The notes under the pieces are model-generated. The model was not told the DNA's origin. It did not search any database and worked only from the letters and a program-made list of their open reading frames with translations. DNA of 64,000 nucleotides, from assembly GCA_039679455.1 (NCBI GenBank), contig JBDKUX010000154.1, positions 22,552 through 86,551 of the forward strand. Direction: 5' to 3'. A program made the translations under genes and the position numbers. Below are positions 21,108-30,835 of the stretch, piece after piece. The DNA comes from Smithella sp. (lineage in GTDB: Bacteria > Desulfobacterota > Syntrophia > Syntrophales > Smithellaceae). Each line of letters starts with the position of its first letter. The stretch's first letter is position 1.

Positions 21108-21737
21108 ATGAACATTTATAGGAAAATTGTTTATGAAATAATATTGATAATCATCTCGTTAACGCTTGTCTGCACTATATCAACGAACGTTCAAGCTAAT
21201 TACTTATATTCCTATACCGGGCGAGATTTTAATCAACGCTATAACATGGGCTCGGGCCACACAAACCTTAGAGGATACTTCACAACAGCAACTCCCATTG
21301 GCAGCACCGTGCTGACTAATGTGAGTCCGATCAACTATGACTTCACTGATGGGGTCATGCGCTGGACAAACACGTCTCAACCTCTCGCCGGCTACACCCT
21401 TTTCCAGATGTCGGAAGACCAAGACCATAACCCTCTACAATGGCACATCGATCTGTGGCTAAACTTCAGCACGCAAGGCTACACAGACCTATGGCATGCA
21501 GGTATAGACTATGACTTTACCTATCCGGATAATCAAATCACGCTAGATATTGTCGAGCACATATATGGAATGGCCTCATTGGAGAAGGACTCTGCCTTTA
21601 TCTGGTATATGTCTAACCACCCACACGGTGAGTGGACTCCGGGACAATACTACCAAGTACCCATACCCCCTTCCATACTTCTCTTTCCCTGCGGGCTAAT
21701 TGGTCTGTGGGGTTGGGGGCGTAAGAAGTTTCAATAA
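21108..21737 (+). CDS. secreted protein with a PEP-CTERM-like C-terminal sorting signal
   Basis: Strong SD (AAGGAGGG) and a signal peptide (IILIIISLTLVCTISTNVQA). The C-terminus VPIPPSILLFPCGLIGLWGWGRKKFQ* reads as a Pro-rich motif, then a TM helix, then a basic tail, with VPIP in place of the canonical VPEP. Confidence 0.6.
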   Translation: MNIYRKIVYEIILIIISLTLVCTISTNVQANYLYSYTGRDFNQRYNMGSGHTNLRGYFTTATPIGSTVLTNVSPINYDFTDGVMRWTNTSQPLAGYTLFQMSEDQDHNPLQWHIDLWLNFSTQGYTDLWHAGIDYDFTYPDNQITLDIVEHIYGMASLEKDSAFIWYMSNHPHGEWTPGQYYQVPIPPSILLFPCGLIGLWGWGRKKFQ

Positions 21738-21825
21738 TGGAAAACATATTTCAATTATTGCAGAAAGGCATGGTCGATGTGGCGAGCCGATCGTTTAACG
21801 TGTTGATAACTGCAGTATCATGATG

Positions 21826-21858
21826 AAAAAAGCCTCTAATTTCGTTTAATTAGAGGCT
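21826..21858 (-). terminator. rho-independent (probably bidirectional) terminator downstream of the aminotransferase gene
   Basis: Stem AGCCTCTAAT (21831-21840) / ATTAGAGGCT (21849-21858) with an 8-nt loop. It is flanked by AAAAA on the + strand (a U-tract for the minus-strand transcript) and by TTT on the other side. Confidence 0.65.
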
Positions 21859-22050
21859 TTTCCTCTCAGCAATTTATCTTTCTCACTGAGTATATTGGTT
21901 AACTATTTATAATTGTAAGCTTTTCTTATGTATTATAACCGCCTATCAACACTTTACGCGACTGGCTTGTCGATGTGGCTCTGCCTTTTTTCATACTTTA
22001 CAAATAGTAAGCAATAGATTGAGCCTCCCTCTATTATTGAAAAGTAGTAA

Positions 22051-23232
22051 TTACTTGCATTCCTTAATCACTTCCGCAAAACCGGCAATGGAATGTATGA
22101 TTGTCGCATCGTCGACGCAGTAGGCAATGCGGAAGTAGCCGGGGCTGCCGAAGGCACTGCCGGGGACAACCAGGATATTTCTTTTTAAAAGCATCTGGAC
22201 AAAAGCAGTGTCATCGGGAATCGGGCTTTGGGGAAACAGATAAAAGGCGCCCTGTGGTTTTTCAAACTTATACCCGGCCTCAGATAGTCCTGTGCAAAGC
22301 AGATCGCGTTTTCTTTTATAAACGTCCACTTCCACTGTTATATCCTGGAGTCTCGCCACAATTCTCTGCATCAGCGCCGGGGCGTTGACGAATCCGGAAA
22401 TCCGCGTGCACAATATTAATGCACTAATCAATTGAGCAGCTTCCTCAATTTCCGGATTGATGGCGATATAGCCTATTCTTTCTCCGGGCAGAGACAAGGT
22501 TTTGGAATAGGAATAGGCAATAATGCTGTTTTGATAAACGGCGAGAATATTGGGTACGTCAACATTGTCATAAACTATTTCCCGGTAGGGCTCATCGGAG
22601 ATAAGATAAATTGTTCTTTTCAGCTCTTTGCTTTTTTTCTCCAGCACCAGCGACAAGTCGGTGATGTTCTCTTTACTGTATACTTTTCCCGTGGGATTGT
22701 TGGGCGAATTGATTATCAAAGCCTTCGTCTTTTCATTGACGGCCGCTTCCATGGCGGCAACATCAAGTGAAAAGTCGTCTTTGGTTTTCACTCTCCGGAT
22801 AACACCGCCGTAGTTTTCAACATAAGGCGTATATTCCATAAAGAAAGGCACCGGCACAATGACTTCATCCTCCGGATCAAGGAGGGCTTTCAAAATCACA
22901 TTCAACGCACCGCCGGCGCCGCAGGACATAATCACATGATCACCGGCCAGGTGAAGACCGGACGTCCTGTTAATTTTCGCCGCGATGGCCTGTCTTGTTT
23001 CCATGTAGCCCGCGTTGGGCATGTAACCGTGTTTATAGGGAATGATCTCCTGAGCTATTTTTACCAGTTCTTTTTCGAAATCCTTGGGCGGATCCACGTT
23101 GGGATTGCCCAGACTGAAATCATAAACTTTATCGGCACCGAATTTTTGTTTGAGAATTGCGCCTTCTTCAAACATTTTGCGGATCATTGACGAACTCGAA
23201 GTAGCGACTTTAATTTTTTTAGAAATAGACAT
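22051..23232 (-). CDS. class I/II pyridoxal-phosphate-dependent aminotransferase (aspartate/alanine type)
   Basis: 393 aa with NPNNPTG and the PLP-lysine region YSYSKTLSLPGERIGY. Confidence 0.85.
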   Translation of the reverse strand: MSISKKIKVATSSSSMIRKMFEEGAILKQKFGADKVYDFSLGNPNVDPPKDFEKELVKIAQEIIPYKHGYMPNAGYMETRQAIAAKINRTSGLHLAGDHVIMSCGAGGALNVILKALLDPEDEVIVPVPFFMEYTPYVENYGGVIRRVKTKDDFSLDVAAMEAAVNEKTKALIINSPNNPTGKVYSKENITDLSLVLEKKSKELKRTIYLISDEPYREIVYDNVDVPNILAVYQNSIIAYSYSKTLSLPGERIGYIAINPEIEEAAQLISALILCTRISGFVNAPALMQRIVARLQDITVEVDVYKRKRDLLCTGLSEAGYKFEKPQGAFYLFPQSPIPDDTAFVQMLLKRNILVVPGSAFGSPGYFRIAYCVDDATIIHSIAGFAEVIKECK

Positions 23233-23260
23233 TTTCTTTGACCTCTTTACTATTTTTTAT

Positions 23261-23920
23261 TCAGCAGTTTTCGGCGAGATAAGCATTGATGTCACTAAAG
23301 TCTTTGTATGGTATGCAGGGAATCCCTTTCTGTTGACAGCGTTGGAAAAGGAGATTCTTGGCAAAAACTATGTCGGCAAATTTGGATGGACAAAAATCGG
23401 AATAACCATCGCCGACGTAAATGATCTCATCATAAATCAGGCGGTTGGAATTCAGTATCCAGCTCTTGCAGGTTCCGCAGCGACCGCATAAATCATTTCT
23501 CTCAGGGAATTCGACGGAAAAGGAATTATTCTCACCAAAGACGGCTATGTTGGAATAATATTCAATTTCGGTAAGATTATATTTTTTCAGGATTGCTTTT
23601 ATATAAAAATCAAAACCGTCGGATACGATCTTGACATCAATATTTTTATTCTTGCATAAAGAATAGAATTCCAGAAAAAATGGATCAAGATTTTCGATTG
23701 TCAGAACGTAATCGAGTATTTCCTCCCTGGAGCCTTCGAGTCTTTGAGCAATTTTCTCGTAAGCAATGCGGGAACCAATCTTTCCTTTGGCAAATTCCTT
23801 TTCGATATCTTCCAAACTTGACGTGACAAACTTCATGATGAAGCGGCTGCCTAAATCAACCGTGGAAATTGTACCGTCAAAATCGGTGATAATAAGATTT
23901 TTTTTGGATTTGGAAGACAT
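23261..23920 (-). CDS. HAD-IB phosphatase, MtnX-like
   Basis: HAD motif I ITDFDGTI and motif IV GDGYSD...ADIVFAK. A Cys cluster CGRCGTCK sits in the cap, as in MtnX-type phosphatases. Confidence 0.65.
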   Translation of the reverse strand: MSSKSKKNLIITDFDGTISTVDLGSRFIMKFVTSSLEDIEKEFAKGKIGSRIAYEKIAQRLEGSREEILDYVLTIENLDPFFLEFYSLCKNKNIDVKIVSDGFDFYIKAILKKYNLTEIEYYSNIAVFGENNSFSVEFPERNDLCGRCGTCKSWILNSNRLIYDEIIYVGDGYSDFCPSKFADIVFAKNLLFQRCQQKGIPCIPYKDFSDINAYLAENC

Positions 23921-23949
23921 TAACTGATTAATACTTCTTTCTTTATATA

Positions 23950-24264
23950 CTATTTTCCTTTGCGGCGTCTGAACAAAACATAAATTCCCAACAAAACAAG
24001 CAGTATTGGCAGCACATATTGAGAATATTTTGAAAATTGAATACCGACAAATTCATTAGCCAGAAAAACCGTGCCGGCCGCAGTAACAAACCAGCCGCCT
24101 AAATCCTTGACTCTTTGATAAATGGCGCATAACCCTATGACAATAATCAGTACCGGCCATGTTTTTCCAAATGAGTATATCCCCGCCTTGCTCAGATAAA
24201 TCAATACTCCCAGAGTAATTAAGATCATGCCTCCCGGAAGCGAATGACTTTTTTCACTAGCCAT
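23950..24264 (-). CDS. small integral membrane protein
   Basis: About 4 hydrophobic segments. The ATG at 24264 (MASEKSH) is preceded by GGAGAAGG. The longer track ORF (to 24306) would run through a strong hairpin. Confidence 0.5.
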   Translation of the reverse strand: MASEKSHSLPGGMILITLGVLIYLSKAGIYSFGKTWPVLIIVIGLCAIYQRVKDLGGWFVTAAGTVFLANEFVGIQFSKYSQYVLPILLVLLGIYVLFRRRKGK

Positions 24265-24288
24265 AAAACCTTCTCCTGCCTGATACAT

Positions 24289-24326
24289 AGAGCGGCAGAC
24301 GGACATCTGCCGCTCTTTTATTTTTT
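24289..24326 (+). terminator. intrinsic-terminator-like hairpin oriented against the local (minus-strand) genes
   Basis: Perfect 11-bp stem AGAGCGGCAGA (24289-24299) / TCTGCCGCTCT (24306-24316) with a 6-nt loop, followed on the + strand by TTTATTTTTT. On the minus strand it has no downstream U-tract. Confidence 0.5.
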
Positions 24327-25086
24327 ATTCTTTTTCCGTCAATTTCAAAAATGGTTTGAACAAATCAATCGGAATGGGGAAAACTGTCGTTGAATTATTT
24401 TCCGATGCAATCTGATTGAGTGTTTGCAAATATCGCAGCTGCAGCGACATCGGCTGTGTTTCCATTACAGCAGCCGCTTCAATCAGTTTTTGCGCCGCCT
24501 GAAATTCACCTTCCGCATTGATGACTTTAGCCCTTCGCTCTCTTTCCGCTTCAGCTTGTTTCGCCATCGAACGTTTCATTTCTTCCGGCAGATCGATGTG
24601 CTTTACTTCGACCAGAGACACTTTAATTCCCCAGGGTTCGGTACTGCGATCCAGAATCGCCTGTAAATGCATATTAATCTTTTCGCGCTCGGAAAGTATT
24701 TCATCCAATTCCATCTGTCCGCAAACGCTGCGCAGCGTTGTCTGTGCCAACTGGGAAGTGGCATAAAGGTAATTTTCTACATTCGTAACCGCCGCGTTGG
24801 CATCCATTACGCGGAAATAAACAACGGCGCTTACTTTAATAGATACGTTGTCTTTCGTGATCACATCCTGCGGAGGAACATCCATGGTGATTGTCCGCAT
24901 ATCCACTTTCACCACCCTGTCAATTCCGGGAATGATGATGATCAGACCGGGCCCCTTGACGTCTCTTATTCTTCCCAGACGAAATATAACCGCCCTTTCG
25001 TATTCATTTAAAATACGAATGGCGGCAGCTAAAAACATGATCACCAGTACAATCACTACAAGTGTCGGAAAAGGAAAAGCTCCCAT
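24325..25086 (-). CDS. SPFH/band 7 (stomatin-like) protein
   Basis: N-terminal TM plus an SPFH domain (RAVIFRLGR...ITKDNV...) and a C-terminal AEAERERRA coiled coil. It is paired with an upstream NfeD gene. Confidence 0.9.
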   Translation of the reverse strand: MGAFPFPTLVVIVLVIMFLAAAIRILNEYERAVIFRLGRIRDVKGPGLIIIIPGIDRVVKVDMRTITMDVPPQDVITKDNVSIKVSAVVYFRVMDANAAVTNVENYLYATSQLAQTTLRSVCGQMELDEILSEREKINMHLQAILDRSTEPWGIKVSLVEVKHIDLPEEMKRSMAKQAEAERERRAKVINAEGEFQAAQKLIEAAAVMETQPMSLQLRYLQTLNQIASENNSTTVFPIPIDLFKPFLKLTEKE

Positions 25087-25111
25087 TTTATCGTCCTCCT
25101 TTTATAATAAA

Positions 25112-26413
25112 TTATTTCCCTTTTACTTCCTGCACATTCAATACGAGGCCATCGACCTTAATAATTTTTACTTTCGCTCCCTTAGTAATGGGTTTTTCAC
25201 TTGTTGCCTTCCAGTATTCTCCTTTAAAAAATACCTGCCCATCTCCGTTTATATCAGTTACCGCTTCGGCTTCCGCGTTGATCATCGCTTCCGAGCCGGA
25301 GTAGTGCTTTCTCAACTGCGCCTTAAGAGCAAGCCAGATTACAACTATAAAGAAGGCTGAAGTCACAACAACCGCTGGAATTAATACCTGCAATGAAATC
25401 CGCAAGACAGGATCAGCGGTATCAAATAAAAGCAGAGATCCCATAATTAATGAAATTACACCTCCCACGGTAAGCATTCCATGACTCATGACTTTTATCT
25501 CGGCAATAAACAAAATCACACCGAAAAGTATCAGCAGGATTCCGGTGTAATTTACTGGTAAAGTGGACAAACCGAAAAAGGCAAGCAAAAGGGATATGCC
25601 GCCGATGACCCCCGGCAGGATTGCCCCTGGTGTGGACAATTCGAAGTACAATCCGGCCAGACCGATCAGCAAAAGGATATAAGAAATATTAGGGTCGGAA
25701 ATCACCGCGAGTATCCCCTCGCGCGTTCCCATTTTCTTATCGCGGATTACGGCGTCTTTTGTCGTTATTTTCTTTTTGCCGCCGGGCAGGTTCACTTCTT
25801 TCTGATCTATTACGGATAAAAGGCTTTTAACATCAGGAGCCACAAAATCAATGACGTTTAGCTTCAGCGCTTCTTCAGCGGTAATTGATTCGCTTTTGCG
25901 CACTGCCTTTTCCACCCACTCTTCCGAGCGTCCTCTGGATTTAGCTATGCTGCGGGCATAGGCGGCGGCATCATTTTCGATCTTCTTCGACATGGTTTTA
26001 TCCATCCCGCCGTTTCCAATACCAATGGCCACGGGATGAGCGGCGCCGATATTGGTGCCCGGAGCCATTGCGGCAATATGCGCCGCCTGGGTGACAATTA
26101 CACCGGCTGAAGCCGCACGGGCACCGGAAGGATATACATAAACAATCACCGGCACTGGTGCATTAAGAATGCTTTTCGCAATATCACGCATTGCGGTATC
26201 CAGGCCTCCCGGAGTATCCAGCAAGATAATAAGGCCCTCCGCTCCATCTTTTCCGGCCTCCTCAATGCTTTTTGCAATGTATTTTGCGGTGGGGGATGTA
26301 ATAATGCCGTCAATGCTGATCATATTGAATACAGGCTTTTTTTCTATGGCAAAAGCGGTAACGGCTGGCGCCAGTAAAATCAAAATCAATATGGTGATAA
26401 TTCTTTTCGGCAT
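25112..26413 (-). CDS. NfeD-family membrane-bound ClpP-class serine protease
   Basis: Signal/TM, a ClpP-like domain (LLDTPGG...SGARAASAG), a TM bundle and a C-terminal OB-fold NfeD domain. The ATG at 26413 (MPKRIIT) follows GAGG; the track start is 26440. Confidence 0.85.
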   Translation of the reverse strand: MPKRIITILILILLAPAVTAFAIEKKPVFNMISIDGIITSPTAKYIAKSIEEAGKDGAEGLIILLDTPGGLDTAMRDIAKSILNAPVPVIVYVYPSGARAASAGVIVTQAAHIAAMAPGTNIGAAHPVAIGIGNGGMDKTMSKKIENDAAAYARSIAKSRGRSEEWVEKAVRKSESITAEEALKLNVIDFVAPDVKSLLSVIDQKEVNLPGGKKKITTKDAVIRDKKMGTREGILAVISDPNISYILLLIGLAGLYFELSTPGAILPGVIGGISLLLAFFGLSTLPVNYTGILLILFGVILFIAEIKVMSHGMLTVGGVISLIMGSLLLFDTADPVLRISLQVLIPAVVVTSAFFIVVIWLALKAQLRKHYSGSEAMINAEAEAVTDINGDGQVFFKGEYWKATSEKPITKGAKVKIIKVDGLVLNVQEVKGK

Positions 26414-26446
26414 TACTCTACCTCTTCCATTCGAGCGCATTGAAAG

Positions 26447-27163
26447 TTAATTTTGCAGTTCTTTCATGATCAGTTGCACATCTTCCCAGACTGTCTTCTT
26501 GGCCGCGGGATTGCGCAACAAGTAGGCGGGATGATATGTCGGCATCAGCTTTATTCCTTCGTAGTAATGAAAACGGCCGCGTAAAACGCTGATCGGTGCA
26601 TCTGTTTTCAGCAATGTCTTTGCGGCAAAAGTTCCCAGAGCACAGATTATCTGCGGGGAGATACTTCTTAACTGCTGTTTTAAAAACGGCTCACAGACAG
26701 CGATCTCCTCCGGCAGGGGATTTCTATTATGGGGCGGACGGCACTTGAGAATGTTGCAGATATAGACTTCTTTACGAGTCAAACCCATCGCTTCGATTAT
26801 TTTTGTCAGCAACTGGCCTGCCCGACCGACAAACGGCAACCCCTGTTCATCTTCGTCTGCGCCCGGCGCTTCTCCCACAAAAACAATTTTCGCGTGAGCA
26901 TTGCCGTCGCCAAAAACCAGGTTCTTCCTCGTTTTACCTAAACTGCACAGCTGACAGTCCGCCATATCCGCACGAATACCGCCTAAATCCTGTTTGTTAT
27001 TTTTAGTTTTAATTTTAATATCTTTCTGCACCCGCTCCACTTTTTCCAGACTGATGCCGGCTGCATATTTGTTGTGATCTTTTACATGGCTCTTCATTGC
27101 TTTTACGACTGAAAGCAGCTGGGCGCGCAATTGCAGTTGCGACTCTACGGGAACTTCAACCAT
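26447..27163 (-). CDS. uracil-DNA glycosylase, family 4
   Basis: [23 protein letters not shown] and HPAYLLRNP motifs, plus Cys residues consistent with a 4Fe-4S cluster. Confidence 0.85.
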   Translation of the reverse strand: MVEVPVESQLQLRAQLLSVVKAMKSHVKDHNKYAAGISLEKVERVQKDIKIKTKNNKQDLGGIRADMADCQLCSLGKTRKNLVFGDGNAHAKIVFVGEAPGADEDEQGLPFVGRAGQLLTKIIEAMGLTRKEVYICNILKCRPPHNRNPLPEEIAVCEPFLKQQLRSISPQIICALGTFAAKTLLKTDAPISVLRGRFHYYEGIKLMPTYHPAYLLRNPAAKKTVWEDVQLIMKELQN

Positions 27164-28374
27164 TACTTCTTTCTTTTGCCTTTCTTAACAATTTCTTCTT
27201 TGATCCGGTCGAGAATTCTTATGGCGGCATCAATTTTTGTCATTTGCGGGCAGGCTTCCGTATTGCCGTTGCAGTCAATTATCGTAATTATATTGGTATC
27301 AGTCCGGAAACCTGCGCCTTCGTCCCGCAGGCTGTTGGCCACGATGAAATCCATATTTTTTCTTTTCATTTTGTCGCGGGCATTGGCCAGAAGATTTTCC
27401 GTCTCCATGGCGAAGCCGACCAAAATACGACTGTTTTTAACCTTGCCGATTTCTTCAATTATGTCAGCATTTCTTTCCAAAACCAGTGAAAGAGGCTGAT
27501 TATTTTTCTTTATTTTTTCCTTTGAAAGAAGAGCCGGACGATAGTCGGCGACAGCGGCAGCTTTGATAATAATCGTCGCGTCCTTGAAATTTTCCAATAC
27601 CGCTTCATACATTTCCCGGGCCGTGCGTATCTGGACCAGTTTACTAACCTGCGGCGCGGGCAGACCTGTCGGTCCTGTAATTAAAGTTACTTTAGCACCC
27701 CGCCTGTGGGCAACCCGGGCCAGAGCATAACCCATTTTCCCCGATGATAAATTGGTAATAAACCGCACGGGATCCAACGGCTCTTCAGTGGGACCGGCTG
27801 TAACCAGAATATTTTCACCCGCTAAATCTTTGGGTGCCAGCAGTGCTGTAACTTCTTCCACGATAGAGGAAGCTTCCGGCAGCCTTCCGGCACCCTGAGT
27901 CTTGCAGGCCAACTCGCCGTAAGCGCTGTCCATTACTACATAACCGTATTTCTTGAGTTTTTGAATATTATCCTGAACAGCCGAATTGGCCAGCATCTTG
28001 TCATTCATGGCCGGACAGATCAGGACGGGCTTGTCTGCCGCCATTATTGTCGTCGAAAGTAAATCATCCGCAATTCCGTTGGCTATCTTTCCGATAATAT
28101 TGCCCGTGGCCGGAGCAATGATAAAGGCATCGGCGAAGTCGACCAGACTAATGTGGGCCATGTCATATTTGACTGTAGGGACAAACATGTCTGTATAGAC
28201 CTGATCTTTGGAAAGTGTCTGAAAAGTTAAGGGAGTAACAAATTCCATGGCGTTCTTCGTCATGATGACTTTTACCTGCGCCCCTTCTTTAATCAGTGCA
28301 CGAGTCAACTCCGCCGCCTTGTAAGCGGCAATCCCTCCGGACACCCCCAAAACTATTTTCTTACCTTTAAGCAT
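27163..28374 (-). CDS. coaBC: bifunctional phosphopantothenoylcysteine decarboxylase / phosphopantothenate-cysteine ligase
   Basis: N-terminal flavoprotein domain (KKIVLGVSGGIAAYK...PAMN) and a C-terminal CoaB domain (ITAGPTEEPLDPVRFITNLSSGKMG). ATG at 28374 (MLKGKKIV). The stop overlaps the UDG start. Confidence 0.9.
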   Translation of the reverse strand: MLKGKKIVLGVSGGIAAYKAAELTRALIKEGAQVKVIMTKNAMEFVTPLTFQTLSKDQVYTDMFVPTVKYDMAHISLVDFADAFIIAPATGNIIGKIANGIADDLLSTTIMAADKPVLICPAMNDKMLANSAVQDNIQKLKKYGYVVMDSAYGELACKTQGAGRLPEASSIVEEVTALLAPKDLAGENILVTAGPTEEPLDPVRFITNLSSGKMGYALARVAHRRGAKVTLITGPTGLPAPQVSKLVQIRTAREMYEAVLENFKDATIIIKAAAVADYRPALLSKEKIKKNNQPLSLVLERNADIIEEIGKVKNSRILVGFAMETENLLANARDKMKRKNMDFIVANSLRDEGAGFRTDTNIITIIDCNGNTEACPQMTKIDAAIRILDRIKEEIVKKGKRKK

Positions 28375-28553
28375 ATTTATCTGATCACCTATTTTTTTGC
28401 AGAATATAACAGTGTTTACATGCAAGATCAAGGCATAAAGAAAATTAGACAATCGTTCATATCTTTAAAATCACGGAAATTTGTCTTGCAAAAGACCTTT
28501 AAAGAAATTATAGATTCACCCAGAAATAGTATCTCATAAAACCGAGGGAAATC

Positions 28554-29891
28554 ATGAAAAAGATTAACTTATCTGTAACAGTCATAATAACTGCCGCTGT
28601 CGTTATCATTGCCGGTCTTGGCTTGGGCTTCTTATGGTGGGGAAATTACCTGGAAAGGGAAACACCGTCTATCAAATTTAGTCAGGATATCAGTATAATC
28701 GGGAAACAAAAAAAGCTGGATATAACCTTTTCCGATCAGAAAAGCGGTCTTTCTCATATATATGCGGAAATCATTCAGGATAATAAGGGACAGATTCTGG
28801 CCGAAGAAAATATTTCTGTCAAAGGAAACAAGCAAAAAGTATTATCCTTAACCATTGACTCGATGGCTCTAAAGCTGCATGACGGTCCGGCGACAATTAA
28901 ATTTACTGCTACGGATCATGCCTTATTTAAGAATGAAAACATTATGTCCCGGCCCGTCACAATAGATACGATTCCGCTACAGATCTTTCCGCTCAATCCT
29001 GTTAATCATGCCAATCAGGGCGGTACGTGTTTTATTGCCTTCCACTCGTCAAAACCCCTGGCTTCGGCAGGTGTTTATGTCGACAACAATTTTACTTCCG
29101 GCTATACGGCTTCTATTAACAACAAGCCCACAACGGTCGTTTATTTTTCCTTACCATCAGATGCCGCCAATGCTAAAACGGCAATTAAAGCTTTTGCCCG
29201 TGATACAGCCGGAAACGAATCTGTTATTTCTATTCCCTGCCTGATTAAAGAAAAGAAATTCCGCGCGGATAAAATGAACTTAAGTGACACGTTTCTGCAG
29301 CAGAAAATGCCTGAATTTCAGATAATGGTTCCTTCCCTGCGCGGGAAAACGCTGCTGGATACATTCATCTATGTGAACGGTCAAATGCGCAACGAAAATT
29401 TCCGTACAATACAGTCTGTTTGTCAAAAATCATCCCCTTCCAAACTCTGGGACGGCACATTTCTGCGCATGTCCAACGCTTCACCCATGGCTTTGTTCGG
29501 TGATAAAAGAACATATGTAGTCGGCGGAAAAGATGTCGGCGAATCCGTACACGGCGGTGTTGATCTGGCTTCTACCATGCATGCGCCGATTGAAGCGGCC
29601 AACAACGGTATTATTGTTTTCGCCGGTGCTTTGGGAATTTACGGCAACGCTGTAATCATTGATCACGGTCAGGGAATATTCAGCATTTACGGACATATGT
29701 CCTCCATCAATACCACAACTGGAAAAGCGGTGAAGAAGCAAGAGGTAATTGGTTATTCCGGGATATCTGGACTGGCGGGCGGCGATCATTTACATTTTGG
29801 TATTCTTGTCGGCGGACAATTCGTCAACCCGCAGGAATGGTGGGATCCCCACTGGATTAACGACAATGTAAGCAAAAAGATGATTTTCTGA
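28554..29891 (+). CDS. M23 family metallopeptidase (LytM-like)
   Basis: N-terminal TM anchor and a C-terminal HGGVDLAS...GDHLHFGILVGGQFVNP. Confidence 0.85.
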   Translation: MKKINLSVTVIITAAVVIIAGLGLGFLWWGNYLERETPSIKFSQDISIIGKQKKLDITFSDQKSGLSHIYAEIIQDNKGQILAEENISVKGNKQKVLSLTIDSMALKLHDGPATIKFTATDHALFKNENIMSRPVTIDTIPLQIFPLNPVNHANQGGTCFIAFHSSKPLASAGVYVDNNFTSGYTASINNKPTTVVYFSLPSDAANAKTAIKAFARDTAGNESVISIPCLIKEKKFRADKMNLSDTFLQQKMPEFQIMVPSLRGKTLLDTFIYVNGQMRNENFRTIQSVCQKSSPSKLWDGTFLRMSNASPMALFGDKRTYVVGGKDVGESVHGGVDLASTMHAPIEAANNGIIVFAGALGIYGNAVIIDHGQGIFSIYGHMSSINTTTGKAVKKQEVIGYSGISGLAGGDHLHFGILVGGQFVNPQEWWDPHWINDNVSKKMIF

Positions 29892-29968
29892 TATTGACCG
29901 GTTCGCTGAGCCTAAGATAATAATGAAGCAATCGCAAAGAACAACAAAAGTTGATTTTTTAACCGAAA

Positions 29969-30835
29969 TCAGCTTTTGTTGATGTCGCGATGCGTAACAT
30001 TTACAATATATTTCATTTCCGAAAAATGCGCACCTAACTGATCGGCCATGACTACGGAGCGGTGTTTTCCGCCTGTGCAGCCTAATGCAACATTCAAGCG
30101 CACCTTGCCTTCCTTGTCATACAAAGGGATTAAATAAGTCATTAAATCGAATATTTTTTCCAAAAATATTTTACTTTTTTCGTTTTTTAAAACATAGTCG
30201 CGAACGGCTTCATTTTGTCCGCTGAACTCTTTTAAATCTTCGACAAAGTACGGATTGGGTAAAAATCTTACATCAAAAACCAGGTCGGCATCGGCGGGCA
30301 AACCGTAACGGTATCCAAAGGAAACAACATTTATTATTACCTTTTTATGTTGGGATGCCGGCAAAAAATACCGCTGAACAATATCTTTAAGCTGATGAAC
30401 ATTGGTGGACGTCGAATCGATAATCTGGTCAGCCATTTCTTTCAGTGAAGATAATTTTTCTCTTTCCTGTCGAATGCCGTCCATAATCGAACCTTTTTCG
30501 GAGAGAGGATGCGTGCGTCTCGTTACACTGAAGCGTCGTAAAAGTGACTCGTCACTGGAATCCAAAAAAAGAATTTCGATTTTATAACCTTTTTCTTTCA
30601 GGCGGGAAAAAATATCTTCATACTTTTTCAGAAAACTTCTTTCACGCAGGTCCATCACCATCGCGACCTGTTTTATTTCCGGAGAAGATTTTGTTGTTAT
30701 GTCTAAAAATTTCGGCAGCAAGACGACCGGCAGGTTATCAACACAGAAAAAACCAATATCTTCCAGAGCCCGAAGCGCCGTACTTTTACCGGAACCGGAA
30801 AGACCTGTAATAATAACAACGCGGAGATTTTGCAT
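29969..30835 (-). CDS. rapZ: RNase adapter protein RapZ
   Basis: [30 protein letters not shown] and a C-terminal CTGGKHRSV. It is in the conserved position downstream of the rpoN-hpf-ptsN genes. Confidence 0.9.
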   Translation of the reverse strand: MQNLRVVIITGLSGSGKSTALRALEDIGFFCVDNLPVVLLPKFLDITTKSSPEIKQVAMVMDLRERSFLKKYEDIFSRLKEKGYKIEILFLDSSDESLLRRFSVTRRTHPLSEKGSIMDGIRQEREKLSSLKEMADQIIDSTSTNVHQLKDIVQRYFLPASQHKKVIINVVSFGYRYGLPADADLVFDVRFLPNPYFVEDLKEFSGQNEAVRDYVLKNEKSKIFLEKIFDLMTYLIPLYDKEGKVRLNVALGCTGGKHRSVVMADQLGAHFSEMKYIVNVTHRDINKS

